This document shows positions 63,199 to 64,000 of a DNA stretch of 64,000 nucleotides, in pieces. Origin of the DNA: a virus (Duplodnaviria > Heunggongvirae > Uroviricota > Caudoviricetes); IMG/VR virus record IMGVR_UViG_3300037391_000121; one strand, 5' to 3'. The number at the start of each line of letters is the position of its first letter. The first letter of the stretch is position 1. The position numbers and the translations under genes were made by a program. A model generated the notes under the pieces. It made no database searches. It saw only the letters and a list, made by a program, of their open reading frames with translations, and was not told where the DNA came from.

Positions 63199-63698
63199 TG
63201 AGCACACCCGGACTTCAAACTGGCGGCGACATCACCGTACAGGTTGCCTCTCCCTCGCAACTAAAGTGGGACAACCGTTTCATGGGTCTCGCCAAGCAGA
63301 TCGGCGAATGGAGCAAGGATCACGACCGTAAGGTGGGCTGCATTATCGTCGGCCCGATGCGTGAGATTCGCTCCGCAGGCTATAACGGCCTCCCGCGTGG
63401 TGCGGACGACGATGTTCCCGAGCGTCATCTGGTGCCAGCGAAGTACCTGTGGACTGAGCACCCCGAGCGTAACGCCATCTACAATGCCGCAAACGTAGGT
63501 ATCCCGATGCGTGATTGCACGCTCTACATCGCGGGCTTCCCCTGCATGGACTGTGCTCGTGCCATCGTCCAGAGCGGTATCACGACAGTTGTTTCTTACG
63601 AGCCCGACATGAACAACCCGAAGTGGGCCGAGGATTTCAAGAACACCCTCCAGTTGTTCTCCGAGGCAGGCATCTACTTGCGCCACGTGGAGCGGTAA
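63198..63698 (+). CDS. dCMP/cytidine deaminase-family zinc enzyme, copy 2 (tandem paralog)
   Basis: HPERNAI and FPCMDCA. N-terminal WDNRFMGLAK parallels copy 1 WDAHYLRMAQ. Confidence 0.6.
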   Translation: MSTPGLQTGGDITVQVASPSQLKWDNRFMGLAKQIGEWSKDHDRKVGCIIVGPMREIRSAGYNGLPRGADDDVPERHLVPAKYLWTEHPERNAIYNAANVGIPMRDCTLYIAGFPCMDCARAIVQSGITTVVSYEPDMNNPKWAEDFKNTLQLFSEAGIYLRHVER

Positions 63699-63699
63699 T

Positions 63700-63805
63700 G
63701 ATCGTCTGTAGCCGCCGAGATCGAATCACGGTTTATTGCATCCAAGCAACGGCGGTGGTATCCTTGATCCTCGTGGCTATCCTCATCGTCACAGGAAATG
63801 CATGA
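63700..63805 (+). CDS. very small membrane peptide (about 35 aa)
   Basis: MIVCSRRDRITVYCIQATAVVSLILVAILIVTGNA, overlapping the upstream stop. Confidence 0.25.
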
Positions 63806-64000
63806 AACGTTGCAAACGGCATAAATGGGTGCTCGTTCGTTCCGCGACCCGTCCCAAGGCGTGCGGTAAATGCGGGTATTGGCCGTCAGCGGGGAAACAA
63901 CCGAAATGAAGGCTCTCCCCAGATCGCAGGACATTTATCGCCCGGGTCGCATCTACAAAGAATGGACACGATTGGCCCCTGAGTACGGCGAGACCCTGAA

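Noticed and set aside
1-64000. CRISPR arrays, integrase/transposase genes, rRNA or canonical tRNA genes
   Set aside because: No regularly spaced direct repeats, no tyrosine/serine recombinase or DDE motifs, and no rRNA-like sequence seen by eye. The only tRNA-like sequences are those embedded in the Y-RNA-like elements.

Overview
The window reads as part of a large, fairly GC-rich tailed-phage (or prophage) genome. Positions 1-10399 carry a minus-strand block of Thr/Gly/Val-rich structural (fibre/tail-like) genes with internal and shared repeat motifs; a glycosyltransferase and a membrane protein with their own terminator and promoter sit inside that block. From 10430 there is a divergent switch to a single plus-strand block, 10664-63805. 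That block holds more than 100 mostly small, translationally coupled genes and at least seven copies of a conserved intergenic promoter element (CCTATCGATTT...TTGGTATAATAGG). Recognisable plus-strand content includes: a Ro60/TROVE (Rsr) gene surrounded by a cluster of Y-RNA-like ncRNAs with tRNA-like modules, one apparently circularly permuted; a T4-like RNA-repair set (Pnkp kinase-phosphatase, Rnl1-like RNA ligase, CCA-adding enzyme) interrupted by an opposite-strand HNH endonuclease; a second free-standing HNH gene; peptide deformylase; a Spo11/TopoVI-A-like CAP+Toprim protein with no B subunit; a Snf2-family ATPase; an SPFH lipoprotein; histidine, dual-specificity and HD phosphatases; a Nudix hydrolase; IscU and IscA Fe-S assembly proteins; and a ThyX-like gene followed by tandem dCMP-deaminase paralogs. 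No canonical tRNA genes, rRNA, CRISPR arrays, integrases or transposases were recognised. Coordinates I derived by in-line counting (rather than from the ORF track) may be off by 1-2 nt.
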